A program made the translations under genes and the position numbers. This document shows, one piece after another, positions 7,699 to 17,234 of a stretch of DNA of 25,620 nucleotides. The stretch's first letter is position 1; every line of letters begins with the position of its first letter. The notes below the pieces were generated by a model that was not told the origin of the DNA, searched no databases, and was given only the letters and a program-made list of their open reading frames with translations. This DNA is from an uncultured Lachnospiraceae bacterium (GTDB lineage: Bacteria; Bacillota; Clostridia; Lachnospirales; Lachnospiraceae). The stretch lies in assembly GCA_964606215.1 (NCBI GenBank), contig CAZSGT010000001.1, forward strand, positions 1 through 25,620, written 5' to 3'.

Positions 7699-9392
7699 GT
7701 GGGAAACACCTTGTTTTGTGTTTTCAGATATGCCTCCACATCTTCCCGGATTGCAAAAAACACCTGCACCAAATCCGGGTCAAAATGGCTACCCGCATCT
7801 TTTTCCAAAATATCAAAGGCAGCCTGGGAAGGCATGCTCTCCTTGTATACCCGCTTAGATACCAGCGCATCAAACACATCTGCAACCGCCATGATTCTGG
7901 CACAGAGAGGAATGTCTTTTCCGGACAGTCCATCGGGATACCCCTCGCCATTCCACTTTTCATGGTGATGGGTAGCAATGTCTCTGGATATCTGTATAAG
8001 CTTCGGATCTGCCTCCTTGCCAAGAATCCCGGCAACAATCTCCCCGCCAATGGCAGAATGGGTCTTCATAATTTCATATTCCTCCGGAGTAAAACGCCCA
8101 GGTTTATTTAAAATAGTATCCGGAATTTTAATCTTTCCCACGTCATGAAGGGATGCGGCATTGCAGATATTTTCTATGTACTCTAAATCAATTTCCTCTT
8201 CATCCATGTGATGGTCGTACATATAATGTACCATCATAGACACATATTCTTTGGTATTTAAAACATGCATACCGGTATTTCCGTCCCGGCTCTCAATCAG
8301 CGTAGCCATGCCTTCTATAACGCCTTGCTGCATATCCACCAGCTTTGTAGTCTGCTCCTTAATCTCCCTGTTCTGCTCCAGCACACGGTCTTCCAAAGTC
8401 TGTTTATAATCCCAGATTCTCTCCGCATACTCACCAGCGCGCTTTTTTTGTCTATAGCTGTCCCTGCAAAAATAAAATACAATGGCAACAATCAACAAAG
8501 ATAACAAAATATTCCGCAGCAGGGTCACCCGCAGGGGTTTAAACAACTCTTCGTTTCGCACCACCATCACCGTGTACCATGTTTCACGGACCACGCTGGA
8601 AAACACCGTACAGTGCTCACCATCAAGATCCATCTCAAAATACTTCCCGTCTGCCTCATATACATTCTTCACAAGATTGCGAAGCTGTTCATCCTCGCTT
8701 TCTAAATAATTCAACCCTTTTTCTCTGCTGTCAGAATGGGCTACCACCAGTCCGGTATTATCAATAATAATGCCGTATCCCTGCTCATCCAGATTAATCT
8801 TTTCTGCCAGTGCCTGTACGGAGTCCATTACAATATCCAGTGAAATCACACTCTTGCCATCCGACAACAGCTGGCTGACTGAAATCATAATGCTGTTTGT
8901 GTATACGTCCAGATACGGAGATACAATCACTGGCTCACCGCCGCCCGCCACAGCATCCGTATACCAGACACGTTCTTCCGGAACATAGTCCGCATCCGGC
9001 ACCCAGCCTGTGCCGTCAAGATACTCACCATCAAACACACAATAAAGCCCGGTAAAATTCTCATCAATCTCCTGGGTATACCGTTGGGATTCGTTTATCA
9101 AAAACTCCTCAATCTCCTTGGAGGTTGCCCCTTTTGCCATCATGTCATCGACAACAAACCCTGTCACCTGAAGCACATCCAGCCCCTGCCGCAGATAGTC
9201 GTTTAACTTTTCCGACTCCTCTGCTATAGAGCTTTCACCCACTTTTACAACGTCTTCTTTCGTAATCATATAAAAAGAGCTAAAACTATAATATACAATA
9301 AATGTAATCGCCAGCAGTATTACTGCTAAAGTAAAAATATATTGCACCTTATTCCGTAGCTTTTTATCTTTTGTTTCAAACCATAATGCCAT
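7695..9392 (-). CDS. Membrane-anchored Cache-sensor HD-GYP phosphodiesterase (probably cyclic di-GMP specific)
   Basis: Two TM helices flank a dCache-like region (RVWYTDAV, PYLDVYT, GYGIIIDNTGLVVAHSD), followed by a coiled coil and HD-GYP motifs LHDVGKIKIP, HHEKWNGEGYP and IMAVADVFDAL. Confidence 0.92.
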   Translation of the reverse strand: MALWFETKDKKLRNKVQYIFTLAVILLAITFIVYYSFSSFYMITKEDVVKVGESSIAEESEKLNDYLRQGLDVLQVTGFVVDDMMAKGATSKEIEEFLINESQRYTQEIDENFTGLYCVFDGEYLDGTGWVPDADYVPEERVWYTDAVAGGGEPVIVSPYLDVYTNSIMISVSQLLSDGKSVISLDIVMDSVQALAEKINLDEQGYGIIIDNTGLVVAHSDSREKGLNYLESEDEQLRNLVKNVYEADGKYFEMDLDGEHCTVFSSVVRETWYTVMVVRNEELFKPLRVTLLRNILLSLLIVAIVFYFCRDSYRQKKRAGEYAERIWDYKQTLEDRVLEQNREIKEQTTKLVDMQQGVIEGMATLIESRDGNTGMHVLNTKEYVSMMVHYMYDHHMDEEEIDLEYIENICNAASLHDVGKIKIPDTILNKPGRFTPEEYEIMKTHSAIGGEIVAGILGKEADPKLIQISRDIATHHHEKWNGEGYPDGLSGKDIPLCARIMAVADVFDALVSKRVYKESMPSQAAFDILEKDAGSHFDPDLVQVFFAIREDVEAYLKTQNKVFPT

Positions 9393-9432
9393 ATTTTTTC
9401 CTCTCTAGCCAAACTCCTGCCTGTGTGCAGAT

Positions 9433-10935
9433 TTAGGAATTCAACTCCTGTAACTTTTCTGCGGACTCATTCAATATCTGCACCAGTCCCTTAACGTCTG
9501 CTACCACCTGAATATCATGCAGGCTGCTTTCAATGGTCTGGCTGGAATTGGCTGTTACCTGCTGGATAATGGCAGAGATTGTCTGGATACTCTCCACAAT
9601 ACGGCTGTTTGCCTGAGACAGGGAAACCACCATCTCAAGAAGCCGGTCGGACTCTCCCTGAATCTTGTCCACACTGCCTGCAATCTCCCCAAAACTTCCC
9701 TCTGTAATTCCCGCCTGACGAATCTGATGTTTATTTCCCTCAATCAACACATCTATGGAGCCGGTCACTCTGTCCAGTCTGTCAGAAATATTTTGTATCA
9801 GCTCCGCAATGTCCACTGTGGCAGTAGTGGTCTGGTTTGCCAGATTGGATATCTCCGTGGCAACCACCGCAAATCCTTTTCCTGCTTCTCCAGCCCTTGC
9901 CGCTTCTATGCTGGCATTCATTGCCAGAAGTCCTGTCTGGTCTGCCACATTATTGATAACATCTACAATTCCCTGCATGTCCTCTGTATATTTGGATAAG
10001 TCCTTCAGCTCCGCAACCAACTGCTCATTTGAACGCTCAGACTGTTCCACTATATTCATAAGATCCCGGATATTATCCCTGCCCCTGTCAATCTGTTCCT
10101 TGGTAGAATCCACATTCTCTACAATGGTATGGGAAACATCCTCTACCTTCACTACATGCTTTTGAATCTCTTCGGTATCGGTAAGCTGTTTTTCAATAGC
10201 CTGGGCGCTATCCTCCGTACCATTTACCACCTCTTCCATGCAGCGTTTGGTATCTAACACCGACTCTTCCATATCATTCATCTTATCCGTCATATCCGTC
10301 ACACCGGAAATCATGGTCTCAGATGCATCACCCACCTTGGCAAGAATGGTAATGGCGTTTTGTTTTTCCAAGTCTATCCTGCTGATTTTCATACTGTTTA
10401 TGGCATTTGTGGTATGAGACACCCACACCGAATATATGGACATCACCAAAATGATAATCAGCTCAATTTCTGCTGTGACGATAAACTCTTTCCTTTCTCC
10501 CACCGGAATCACAGCATTGTAAAAATATACCACCTGCACAATATTGATTATCTCTGTGACGATTCCCACAGCAGCACTGTATTTTGTGTCATTATACAGC
10601 GTGACAATCATAATCACCGGCAGCGCATACACAAATGCTGTCTGGTTCTGGGTCGTCATCAAAATATATATATACATAATGCCAAATCCCAGAACCACAG
10701 AATATTTAATGATTTTTGCACGCTTCTTTTTCATATATGCCAAAACATTAAATATCATGGGTACAAAAATAAAAATATACAGTATTATCGTATAACCCCA
10801 AGTCCGGTTTCCCTTAAAAACTTCCAGACTGTATGCGACAAAAATCAACGCTTCAATAATCAGATATGTGTATAATACTACACTGTTAATACGCTCTTTC
10901 TCTGATATCTGTTTTTTGTTTTGTGATGTGCCCAT
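9433..10935 (-). CDS. Methyl-accepting chemotaxis protein with an approximately six-TM membrane sensor domain
   Basis: Signalling hairpin [40 protein letters not shown]. About six hydrophobic segments in the first 180 aa. AGGAGG RBS. Confidence 0.93.
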   Translation of the reverse strand: MGTSQNKKQISEKERINSVVLYTYLIIEALIFVAYSLEVFKGNRTWGYTIILYIFIFVPMIFNVLAYMKKKRAKIIKYSVVLGFGIMYIYILMTTQNQTAFVYALPVIMIVTLYNDTKYSAAVGIVTEIINIVQVVYFYNAVIPVGERKEFIVTAEIELIIILVMSIYSVWVSHTTNAINSMKISRIDLEKQNAITILAKVGDASETMISGVTDMTDKMNDMEESVLDTKRCMEEVVNGTEDSAQAIEKQLTDTEEIQKHVVKVEDVSHTIVENVDSTKEQIDRGRDNIRDLMNIVEQSERSNEQLVAELKDLSKYTEDMQGIVDVINNVADQTGLLAMNASIEAARAGEAGKGFAVVATEISNLANQTTTATVDIAELIQNISDRLDRVTGSIDVLIEGNKHQIRQAGITEGSFGEIAGSVDKIQGESDRLLEMVVSLSQANSRIVESIQTISAIIQQVTANSSQTIESSLHDIQVVADVKGLVQILNESAEKLQELNS

Positions 10936-10973
10936 ATATGACTTCCTCCTGTCTGTTCTGTACTAGTCTTTTG

Positions 10974-12362
10974 TTATTTTTCCAATGTCTGTAGCCACTC
11001 CACAACTTTGGTAAATGCCATGGAATGAGATGCCTTCACAAACACTGCATCCCCATCTTCCAGATAGCCGGGAAGCTCTGCCAGCGCATCTTCTATGGTA
11101 TCGTAATGTACAACCTGTTTTGCACCTGCATCTGCCGCCCCTCTTGCCATGTGTTCCGATAGGCTTCCAATGGCAACAATCAGTTCAATTCCCCGTGTCG
11201 CCGCATACTCCCCAATCTCGTAGTGATATTCACTGCTCCCACTGCCAAGCTCCCCCATATCTCCCATCACTGCCACCCTGCGTCCCTCCACATCTGCAAG
11301 GATATCCAGTCCCGCCCGCATAGAGTTGGGATTGGCATTATAGCAGTCATCAAGCACCGTAAAATGTCTTGTCCTTATAACATGTCCTCTTCCTTCTGTC
11401 TCCTTAAGCGCCGCAATTCCTTCTGCAATCTGCCCATCACTGAGACCAAATACATGTCCCACTGCGGCGGCTGCCAGCGCATTGCTGACCATATGCTTTC
11501 CTGGAAGGGGAACCTGCACCTCAAATGCGCTGTCCTGCCCGGTAATCGTCACCAGACTTCCCTCAAGCCCTAAATTCTCCATACTGCCTGCGGACCATGT
11601 ATTTTCACCGGAAATACCATAATACACAGGCGTACGCTCCGGGTATATCTGTGGCAGCATCCGGAGTTTGTCATCCTCTCCATTTACGATAATCGTTCCG
11701 TCTTTCTTCACAAAAAGAAAGCTTTCGGTCTTCGCCTTCAAAACCCCGTCCCGGTCTCCCAGATGCTCCAGATGGCAGCATCCGATATTGGTAATCACCA
11801 TAACGTCTGGCATAACCATATTAGCAAGTCTTGTCATCTCACCAAAATCACTGATTCCCATCTCCACAACGGCGATTTGGTGTTCACTGCGTATCTGAAA
11901 CAACGTCAGCGGAACACCCAGTTCATTATTGAAATTCCCCTGGGTCTTCACCGTGTTGTACTTTGTAGACAACACGGAAGCAATCATCTCCTTGGTAGAT
12001 GTCTTTCCTACGCTTCCGGTTATACCCACTACCTTTATATCACACTGTTCCCTGTAATATTTTGCAATATGCTGAATCGCTGCATATACATCCGGAACCT
12101 GGATATAGCATCCTTCCTCCGGCGTCACTCCGTTCTCCTGTGCGGACACTTGGGAAATACAACATAACGCTCCTTTTTCATAGCAGCTATGTATATAACG
12201 GTTACCATCCGTCCGTTCCCCTTTGATAGCAATAAACAAACTGCCTTTTTGGGTTTCTCTGCTGTCTGTAACCACACTGGTAATCTCTGTCTGCCTCCCC
12301 GAACTTCCCTGACAGGAAACGCCCAGTACATGCGCCAGAATCTCTGGTGTCATATTTTTCAC
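10974..12362 (-). CDS. murF: UDP-N-acetylmuramoyl-tripeptide--D-alanyl-D-alanine ligase
   Basis: DSR and LFIAIKGE N-terminal motifs, P-loop GITGSVGKTSTKEM, NFNNELGVPLTL and DCYNANP. GTG start with AAGGAGG. Confidence 0.95.
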   Translation of the reverse strand: MKNMTPEILAHVLGVSCQGSSGRQTEITSVVTDSRETQKGSLFIAIKGERTDGNRYIHSCYEKGALCCISQVSAQENGVTPEEGCYIQVPDVYAAIQHIAKYYREQCDIKVVGITGSVGKTSTKEMIASVLSTKYNTVKTQGNFNNELGVPLTLFQIRSEHQIAVVEMGISDFGEMTRLANMVMPDVMVITNIGCCHLEHLGDRDGVLKAKTESFLFVKKDGTIIVNGEDDKLRMLPQIYPERTPVYYGISGENTWSAGSMENLGLEGSLVTITGQDSAFEVQVPLPGKHMVSNALAAAAVGHVFGLSDGQIAEGIAALKETEGRGHVIRTRHFTVLDDCYNANPNSMRAGLDILADVEGRRVAVMGDMGELGSGSSEYHYEIGEYAATRGIELIVAIGSLSEHMARGAADAGAKQVVHYDTIEDALAELPGYLEDGDAVFVKASHSMAFTKVVEWLQTLEK

Positions 12363-12385
12363 TGTACTGCTGCCTCCTTTGATAT

Positions 12386-13420
12386 TTATTTATATTTTTT
12401 AAAGCTCTCCTCAATAATCCTCTCACAAAGAGCGTCATACTCTACTCCGATGACCTTCACTTCCTGTGGAAGCAGGCTGGTAGGAGTCATTCCCGGCAGC
12501 GTATTTGCCTCCAGGCAGTACATTTCCCCCTGTGCATCCATCAAAAAGTCAATCCGGGCATAGGCATCCAGCTGTAAAACAGCAAATACCTGCTCCGCCC
12601 ACTGCTGCATCTGTGCGGTCTGTTCCGGCGTAAGCTCAGCCGGACAGACATCGGTAGCCATCCCTGACTGATACTTGGTCTCATAATCGTAAAAACCATC
12701 CTTGGGAATAATCTCGATAACCGGAACGCTTTTACCTCCGATGACTCCCACAGAAAACTCTCTTCCTTTTATGCACTCTTCCACCAGAACAATGTCCTCG
12801 TACGAAAGCGCCGTAACCAGAGCCTTCTGATACTGGGAATCATTTTCTACAATACTGACTCCCACGCTGGAGCCTCCACAGCAGGGTTTCACCACCAGTG
12901 GAAACGGCAGCCGTGGCCGGGTATCCTCATCGCCTTTTTTATGAATATATCCCTTTGGCACTGGAATCTGTGCCTGCACGAGAAGACTCTTGGCAACTCC
13001 CTTGTCCATGGCAAGCGCACTGCCCAGATATCCGGAACCTGTATATGGAATGCCCAGAATATCAAAGGTTGCCTGAAGTTTACCATTTTCTCCTTCCGCA
13101 CCATGTAATGCCATAAACGTAATATCTGCCATCCGGCATATATTGATAACGTTCTCTCCCAGAAATCCATCCGGACTGCCAGTTCTGGACGCCTTTATCT
13201 CCTCAATATCCGGCTCCATTGTCCGGATACTTCCCTGTATGGCCTGGGTATCCTGCTCCCTGTCAAAAATATCCGATACATCACCGGGAATACCTAAAAA
13301 TACATCAATCAACACGACCTGATGTCCTTTTTCTTTCAGTGCCCTGCAGACGCCGCCGCCAGTGATGAGTGATACGTCTCTCTCTGTGCTGAGTCCACCT
13401 GCCAAAACCGCTATTTTCAT
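12386..13420 (-). CDS. ddl: D-alanine--D-alanine ligase
   Basis: Motifs GGLSTERDVS, LHGAEGENGKLQ, KPCCGGSSVG, omega loop FYDYETKY and EANTLPGMTPTSLLP. Confidence 0.95.
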   Translation of the reverse strand: MKIAVLAGGLSTERDVSLITGGGVCRALKEKGHQVVLIDVFLGIPGDVSDIFDREQDTQAIQGSIRTMEPDIEEIKASRTGSPDGFLGENVINICRMADITFMALHGAEGENGKLQATFDILGIPYTGSGYLGSALAMDKGVAKSLLVQAQIPVPKGYIHKKGDEDTRPRLPFPLVVKPCCGGSSVGVSIVENDSQYQKALVTALSYEDIVLVEECIKGREFSVGVIGGKSVPVIEIIPKDGFYDYETKYQSGMATDVCPAELTPEQTAQMQQWAEQVFAVLQLDAYARIDFLMDAQGEMYCLEANTLPGMTPTSLLPQEVKVIGVEYDALCERIIEESFKKYK

Positions 13421-13485
13421 AGTATAAATCGTCCCTTCATATGACTGTTTTTCCGCCTATCGCATACTGCCCCTTTATATCTTAT

Positions 13486-13513
13486 AGTATATCATCCAGC
13501 TTTTATTTGTCAA
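13486..13513 (-). promoter_or_regulatory. sigma-A promoter of ddl-murF, TTGACA-N16-TATACT with extended -10
   Basis: -35 at 13513-13508 and TGa-TATACT at 13494-13486. Confidence 0.75.
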
Positions 13514-13575
13514 ACTATTCCTTTATAAATTAAGATTATTTTTGGAGGTTAGATATAGAAATTTTGCGCTAAAAT

Positions 13576-13584
13576 TGCTATAAT
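13576..13584 (+). promoter_or_regulatory. Extended -10 element (TGcTATAAT) upstream of the heparinase-like gene
   Basis: Perfect TATAAT with a TG extension; no consensus -35. Confidence 0.55.
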
Positions 13585-13621
13585 GATTCCGTAGCATATA
13601 TATGAAAATGTGGTGATGGAT

Positions 13622-15616
13622 ATGAGTACAATATTTCAAGACATACTAAAAAACATAAATACTGACATACAGAGGTATTATCCATATCATTCGATTTCTG
13701 ACAGAGCTTTTTGGGAACATTTACCAAAAGATATAAAAAGCCAACTGTCAGGGGACGCAGACGCTCTGCTTCACCAGCCGGTTCCTGCCATTCCCGCCAC
13801 TTTATATATGGATTTTTACCGCACTGGCACCCGGACACATTTTGAGGATGCCTATTTTTTGCGGCGCAACCGGCTAAACCTTCTGATTCTTGCAGAATGC
13901 ATCCAGAACAAGGGCAGGTATCTGGATGATATTATTGATTACATATGGGCGATTTGCGAGGAAAGCGTCTGGCATCTGCCGCCCCATAATTCCTATGTCC
14001 GCTATGGAGGAATTATGATTTTGCCAGATACCAGCCAGCCAATACTTGACTTGTTTTCCTGCGAAACCGGAGCCCTTCTTGCCACTGCATTTTATATGAT
14101 GCAGCCGGCATTTGATGGAATTTCCCCCTTTATCTCCAAACGGATTGCCACGGAGCTAAACAACCGTATTATCACCCCCTACTTCAAGAGTAATTTCTGG
14201 TGGATGGGTAGCGACGAAGGGCCGGTATCCAACTGGACCATTTGGTGTACACAAAATATTTTGCTGTCCTATTTCCTTATGGAACCCTATTGGAACCAGA
14301 ATATCAACCAGAAGGATTCCAGACAGCTGCTGAAACAGGTCTGCACCAGCACCGACTATTTCCTGGACGGCTATGGGGAGGACGGCTGCTGCGAAGAAGG
14401 CGCACAGTACTACCGGCACGCTGCTCTGTGCCTTCTCAACACCCTGGAGATTTTAAATTTTGTTACCGACAACGCCTTTATGGGTGCATATGAAACGGAT
14501 AAAATCCGAAATATGGCGTCTTACATCTTTCATATGCATGTAGACGATAAATATTACGTGAACTTTGCAGACAGTTCCCCGGTTGCGGGAAGAGCGGGCA
14601 CACGGGAGTATATTTTTGGAAAACGCACAAACCAGCCTGAACTGATGCGGTTTGCCGCACTGGATTTTAAACGGGATGAAGGCCGGCTTTTGCACAATGA
14701 GATCAACTTGTTTTACCGCCTGCAGATGCTGCACTATTACAGAGAGATGATGGCATATGATACAACGGCTCCTGCCGTCCACAAAGACATCTACTATCCC
14801 AGCGTCGGCGTGTTTATTGCCAGGGACACCCACCGTTTCCTTGCCGTAAAGGCCGGACACAACAACGACAGCCACAATCATAATGACACTGGAAGCTTTA
14901 CCGTATATAAGGACGGAAGACCTGTTTTTATTGATGTTGGAGTGGAAACATACACTGCAAAAACCTTTTCCGATGAACGGTACAGTTTGTGGGTTATGCA
15001 GTCTGCCTACCATAACCTTCCCACACTGAATGGGTTTATGGAACATGAATTTGATTATGCTGCCAGGGATGTTTCCTACTCCTTTGACACAGATTCCAAA
15101 TCCATTTCCATGGACCTTGGGGGAACTTTTGTGACCGAAGCCGGCATCAAAACCTGCATCCGCAGCGCCACCCTTGTGACGGACAAGGAGATTGTCATAA
15201 AAGACTGCTATACACCGGAACCAAAGCAGCAGATTTCCCCCGGGGTGACACGGTTCAATACGCTTCTGGACTTAACCCGGGACTCTGAAGATTTTGACGG
15301 GGTACGGGCTGCACATGCTTTTATCCCCGACTTTGTCCGCACAGTGGACAGCCAGCTTATTGAAACCTGGGGCAAGATACAAAACGGAGGATTCCTGTTA
15401 ACATATATGACCTACGAGCGGCCTCACATTGATGAAACACAGCATGGACTGATTCACATTGGAGATTTGGCAACCCTGCAGCTGGAAGGGGATTTCGCCA
15501 TTACGATAGAAGAAATTCCCATTACCGACCAGCGTCTGCAGTCGGCATGGGAACATGATATTTACCGTATTCTGGTGTTTGCGGAAAGTTCAGAGATTGT
15601 GTCACACATTGTGTAA
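13622..15616 (+). CDS. Heparinase II/III-like polysaccharide or oligosaccharide lyase, no signal peptide
   Basis: Helical N-terminal region (AICEESVWHLPPH, SNWTIW, GCCEEGAQYY) and the Hepar_II_III-type motif KAGHNNDSHNHNDTGSFTVYKDGRPVFIDVGVETY. Start is either the ATG at 13622 (GGTGA upstream) or the GTG at 13610. Confidence 0.85.
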   Translation: MSTIFQDILKNINTDIQRYYPYHSISDRAFWEHLPKDIKSQLSGDADALLHQPVPAIPATLYMDFYRTGTRTHFEDAYFLRRNRLNLLILAECIQNKGRYLDDIIDYIWAICEESVWHLPPHNSYVRYGGIMILPDTSQPILDLFSCETGALLATAFYMMQPAFDGISPFISKRIATELNNRIITPYFKSNFWWMGSDEGPVSNWTIWCTQNILLSYFLMEPYWNQNINQKDSRQLLKQVCTSTDYFLDGYGEDGCCEEGAQYYRHAALCLLNTLEILNFVTDNAFMGAYETDKIRNMASYIFHMHVDDKYYVNFADSSPVAGRAGTREYIFGKRTNQPELMRFAALDFKRDEGRLLHNEINLFYRLQMLHYYREMMAYDTTAPAVHKDIYYPSVGVFIARDTHRFLAVKAGHNNDSHNHNDTGSFTVYKDGRPVFIDVGVETYTAKTFSDERYSLWVMQSAYHNLPTLNGFMEHEFDYAARDVSYSFDTDSKSISMDLGGTFVTEAGIKTCIRSATLVTDKEIVIKDCYTPEPKQQISPGVTRFNTLLDLTRDSEDFDGVRAAHAFIPDFVRTVDSQLIETWGKIQNGGFLLTYMTYERPHIDETQHGLIHIGDLATLQLEGDFAITIEEIPITDQRLQSAWEHDIYRILVFAESSEIVSHIV

Positions 15617-15636
15617 TTGTTTTTAATTGCCCGTTA

Positions 15637-15681
15637 AATCCGGGTGCGGAATGTATACTATTTTCTCTCCGCACCCAGATT
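15637..15681. terminator. Hairpin between convergent genes
   Basis: GGGTGCGGA (15642-15650) pairs with TCCGCACCC (15668-15676), extended by AATC/GATT, with a 17-nt loop. The U-tract is weak. Confidence 0.5.
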
Positions 15682-15698
15682 CAAATGGTACTACTTAC

Positions 15699-17093
15699 TT
15701 ATTTCTGTCCGCTCTTACCCAGATACAAATCTAATTGATTCTGAATATCATTGCTGTATTTTTCTGCAACCTGTGCTGCCGTCTCTGTTCCTAAAAGCAT
15801 GGGCTGTAAAGAGAAATCGGTCTGGCAGATAGCTCCCACATCAAACACTGCCTTCTCCGGCTTACTCATCTCCACAATATAGTTAAAGTTCCGCTCCGTA
15901 ACAAAACAATCCTCTGCCCAGGATGTATCACAGATTAACCCCATATCATCCCCGTACCATCTCTGATAATCTGCATATACGGAATAAATCGTATACGGAT
16001 TGTCCACGCCTACGGGAATCATCATCCAGTCACCGCCTACCCGGTTTGCCGCATTGGTCTCCTTATTTCCGCTTGGTCCTGTCGGCCAGGGCACCACGCC
16101 AAGCTCCCAATCTTTATTGTAGATATCATTCTCATTTAACAGCCAGTGTTGTGCCGGCCAGAAAGCCACCAGCCCATCCGCCCATGTCCTTCCATTGCCC
16201 ATAAAATCCGACTCATCCCACGGCTTTGCAATCTTGTTCTTATTGTACATATTGTCGATGAACGTAAGCACCTCGACATCTGCCTTCGTGGTCAGAAGCT
16301 GTTTATCAGAAAACGCAATACCTGTACCATTTGACATCAGCAGCTGATCCAGGGTATTGGTCCATACGCCGCCATATCCGTAGACGTCAACACTGCCATC
16401 GCCATCCCGGTCAAAGGTACATTTCTCCAGATACTCCTGGAATACATCCCATGTCCACCCGTCCCCGCGGTCATATATATCCTGCGGATTCTCCAGTCCC
16501 CGCTCCTTGCAGACAATGTCCATATTAAAGCACAAGCCCGTTGCTGTCGTATCGATTCCGCCGGAAGATGAAAAAAGATAGGTTTTGTCCTGCCCCATGA
16601 CCTTCAGGCTCTTCATGTATTTCTGGTCGGTGAACACGTCATCTCCTGCCGGAATGAAATCCTCCAGCGCCTGGCAGCTTCCTGCCATCACCGCCGGAAT
16701 GCCATAAGAAAACTGTACGTCATACAACTGGCAGTCTGGCGTGCCGGACATAATCGACGTATTGATACTCTCCGTAATACCTTCCCATGTTAAATTCTTG
16801 AAAAAAAATTTACAGTTATAACGCTTCTCTACAGCACGGACATTATCCAGCTGCATCTGGGCCACATCCTGGTCGCCCAGGTTTGGATTGTCCTCAATAG
16901 CGGTGTGGGAGCTGTCATAATACATATCCTGGTACACACCTATGTTAATCTCCGTCTCCTTATCAAAGGCAATGTCTGAAACCTCTGTTTCACCACTCTT
17001 TGCATCCTCCTTGCCTCCGCCGCCGCATGCGGTGTCAGACACTGCCAGAACCACAACCATTCCCAATGCCATAAACCGCTTCCAGTTTTTCAT
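15699..17093 (-). CDS. Extracellular sugar-binding protein of the ABC type (SBP family 1), lipoprotein-like
   Basis: Signal-like N-terminus ending at ...TAC-GGG, then VEKRYNCKF, GWTWDVFQEYL, WELGVVPWPTGP and a DxDxDG loop (DRDGDG). Confidence 0.88.
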   Translation of the reverse strand: MKNWKRFMALGMVVVLAVSDTACGGGGKEDAKSGETEVSDIAFDKETEINIGVYQDMYYDSSHTAIEDNPNLGDQDVAQMQLDNVRAVEKRYNCKFFFKNLTWEGITESINTSIMSGTPDCQLYDVQFSYGIPAVMAGSCQALEDFIPAGDDVFTDQKYMKSLKVMGQDKTYLFSSSGGIDTTATGLCFNMDIVCKERGLENPQDIYDRGDGWTWDVFQEYLEKCTFDRDGDGSVDVYGYGGVWTNTLDQLLMSNGTGIAFSDKQLLTTKADVEVLTFIDNMYNKNKIAKPWDESDFMGNGRTWADGLVAFWPAQHWLLNENDIYNKDWELGVVPWPTGPSGNKETNAANRVGGDWMMIPVGVDNPYTIYSVYADYQRWYGDDMGLICDTSWAEDCFVTERNFNYIVEMSKPEKAVFDVGAICQTDFSLQPMLLGTETAAQVAEKYSNDIQNQLDLYLGKSGQK

Positions 17094-17161
17094 GTAAAAT
17101 CCCCTTTCTTTTGATGTTTCGGCAACATATTTTCTAGCCTAACCCATTCTTATGCCAATAA

Positions 17162-17185
17162 CGCCCCGCAACAAGTTGCGGAGCG
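17162..17185 (-). other. Stem-loop between yicI and the SBP gene
   Basis: On the minus strand, CGCUCCGCAAC-UU-GUUGCGGGGCG pairs almost completely with one G-U pair. Only UAUU follows, so it is not a strong terminator. Confidence 0.55.
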
Positions 17186-17234
17186 TTTTATGCTGTATTC
17201 AATTTACGCAAAGGCTAAATTTCTTATTCAATCA

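Noticed and set aside
647-13420. VanR-like RR, VanS-like kinase, VanZ-like protein and a D-Ala ligase suggest a glycopeptide-resistance cluster
   Set aside because: The genes are separated by pheST and signalling genes. No vanH, vanX, vanY or vanT is present. The ligase has the Tyr-containing FYDYETKY loop and sits next to murF, as expected for a housekeeping Ddl.
16402-16428. DRDGDG EF-hand-like loop in the SBP as a novelty
   Set aside because: DxDxDG calcium-binding loops are already known in solute-binding proteins, so it is recorded only as feature evidence.
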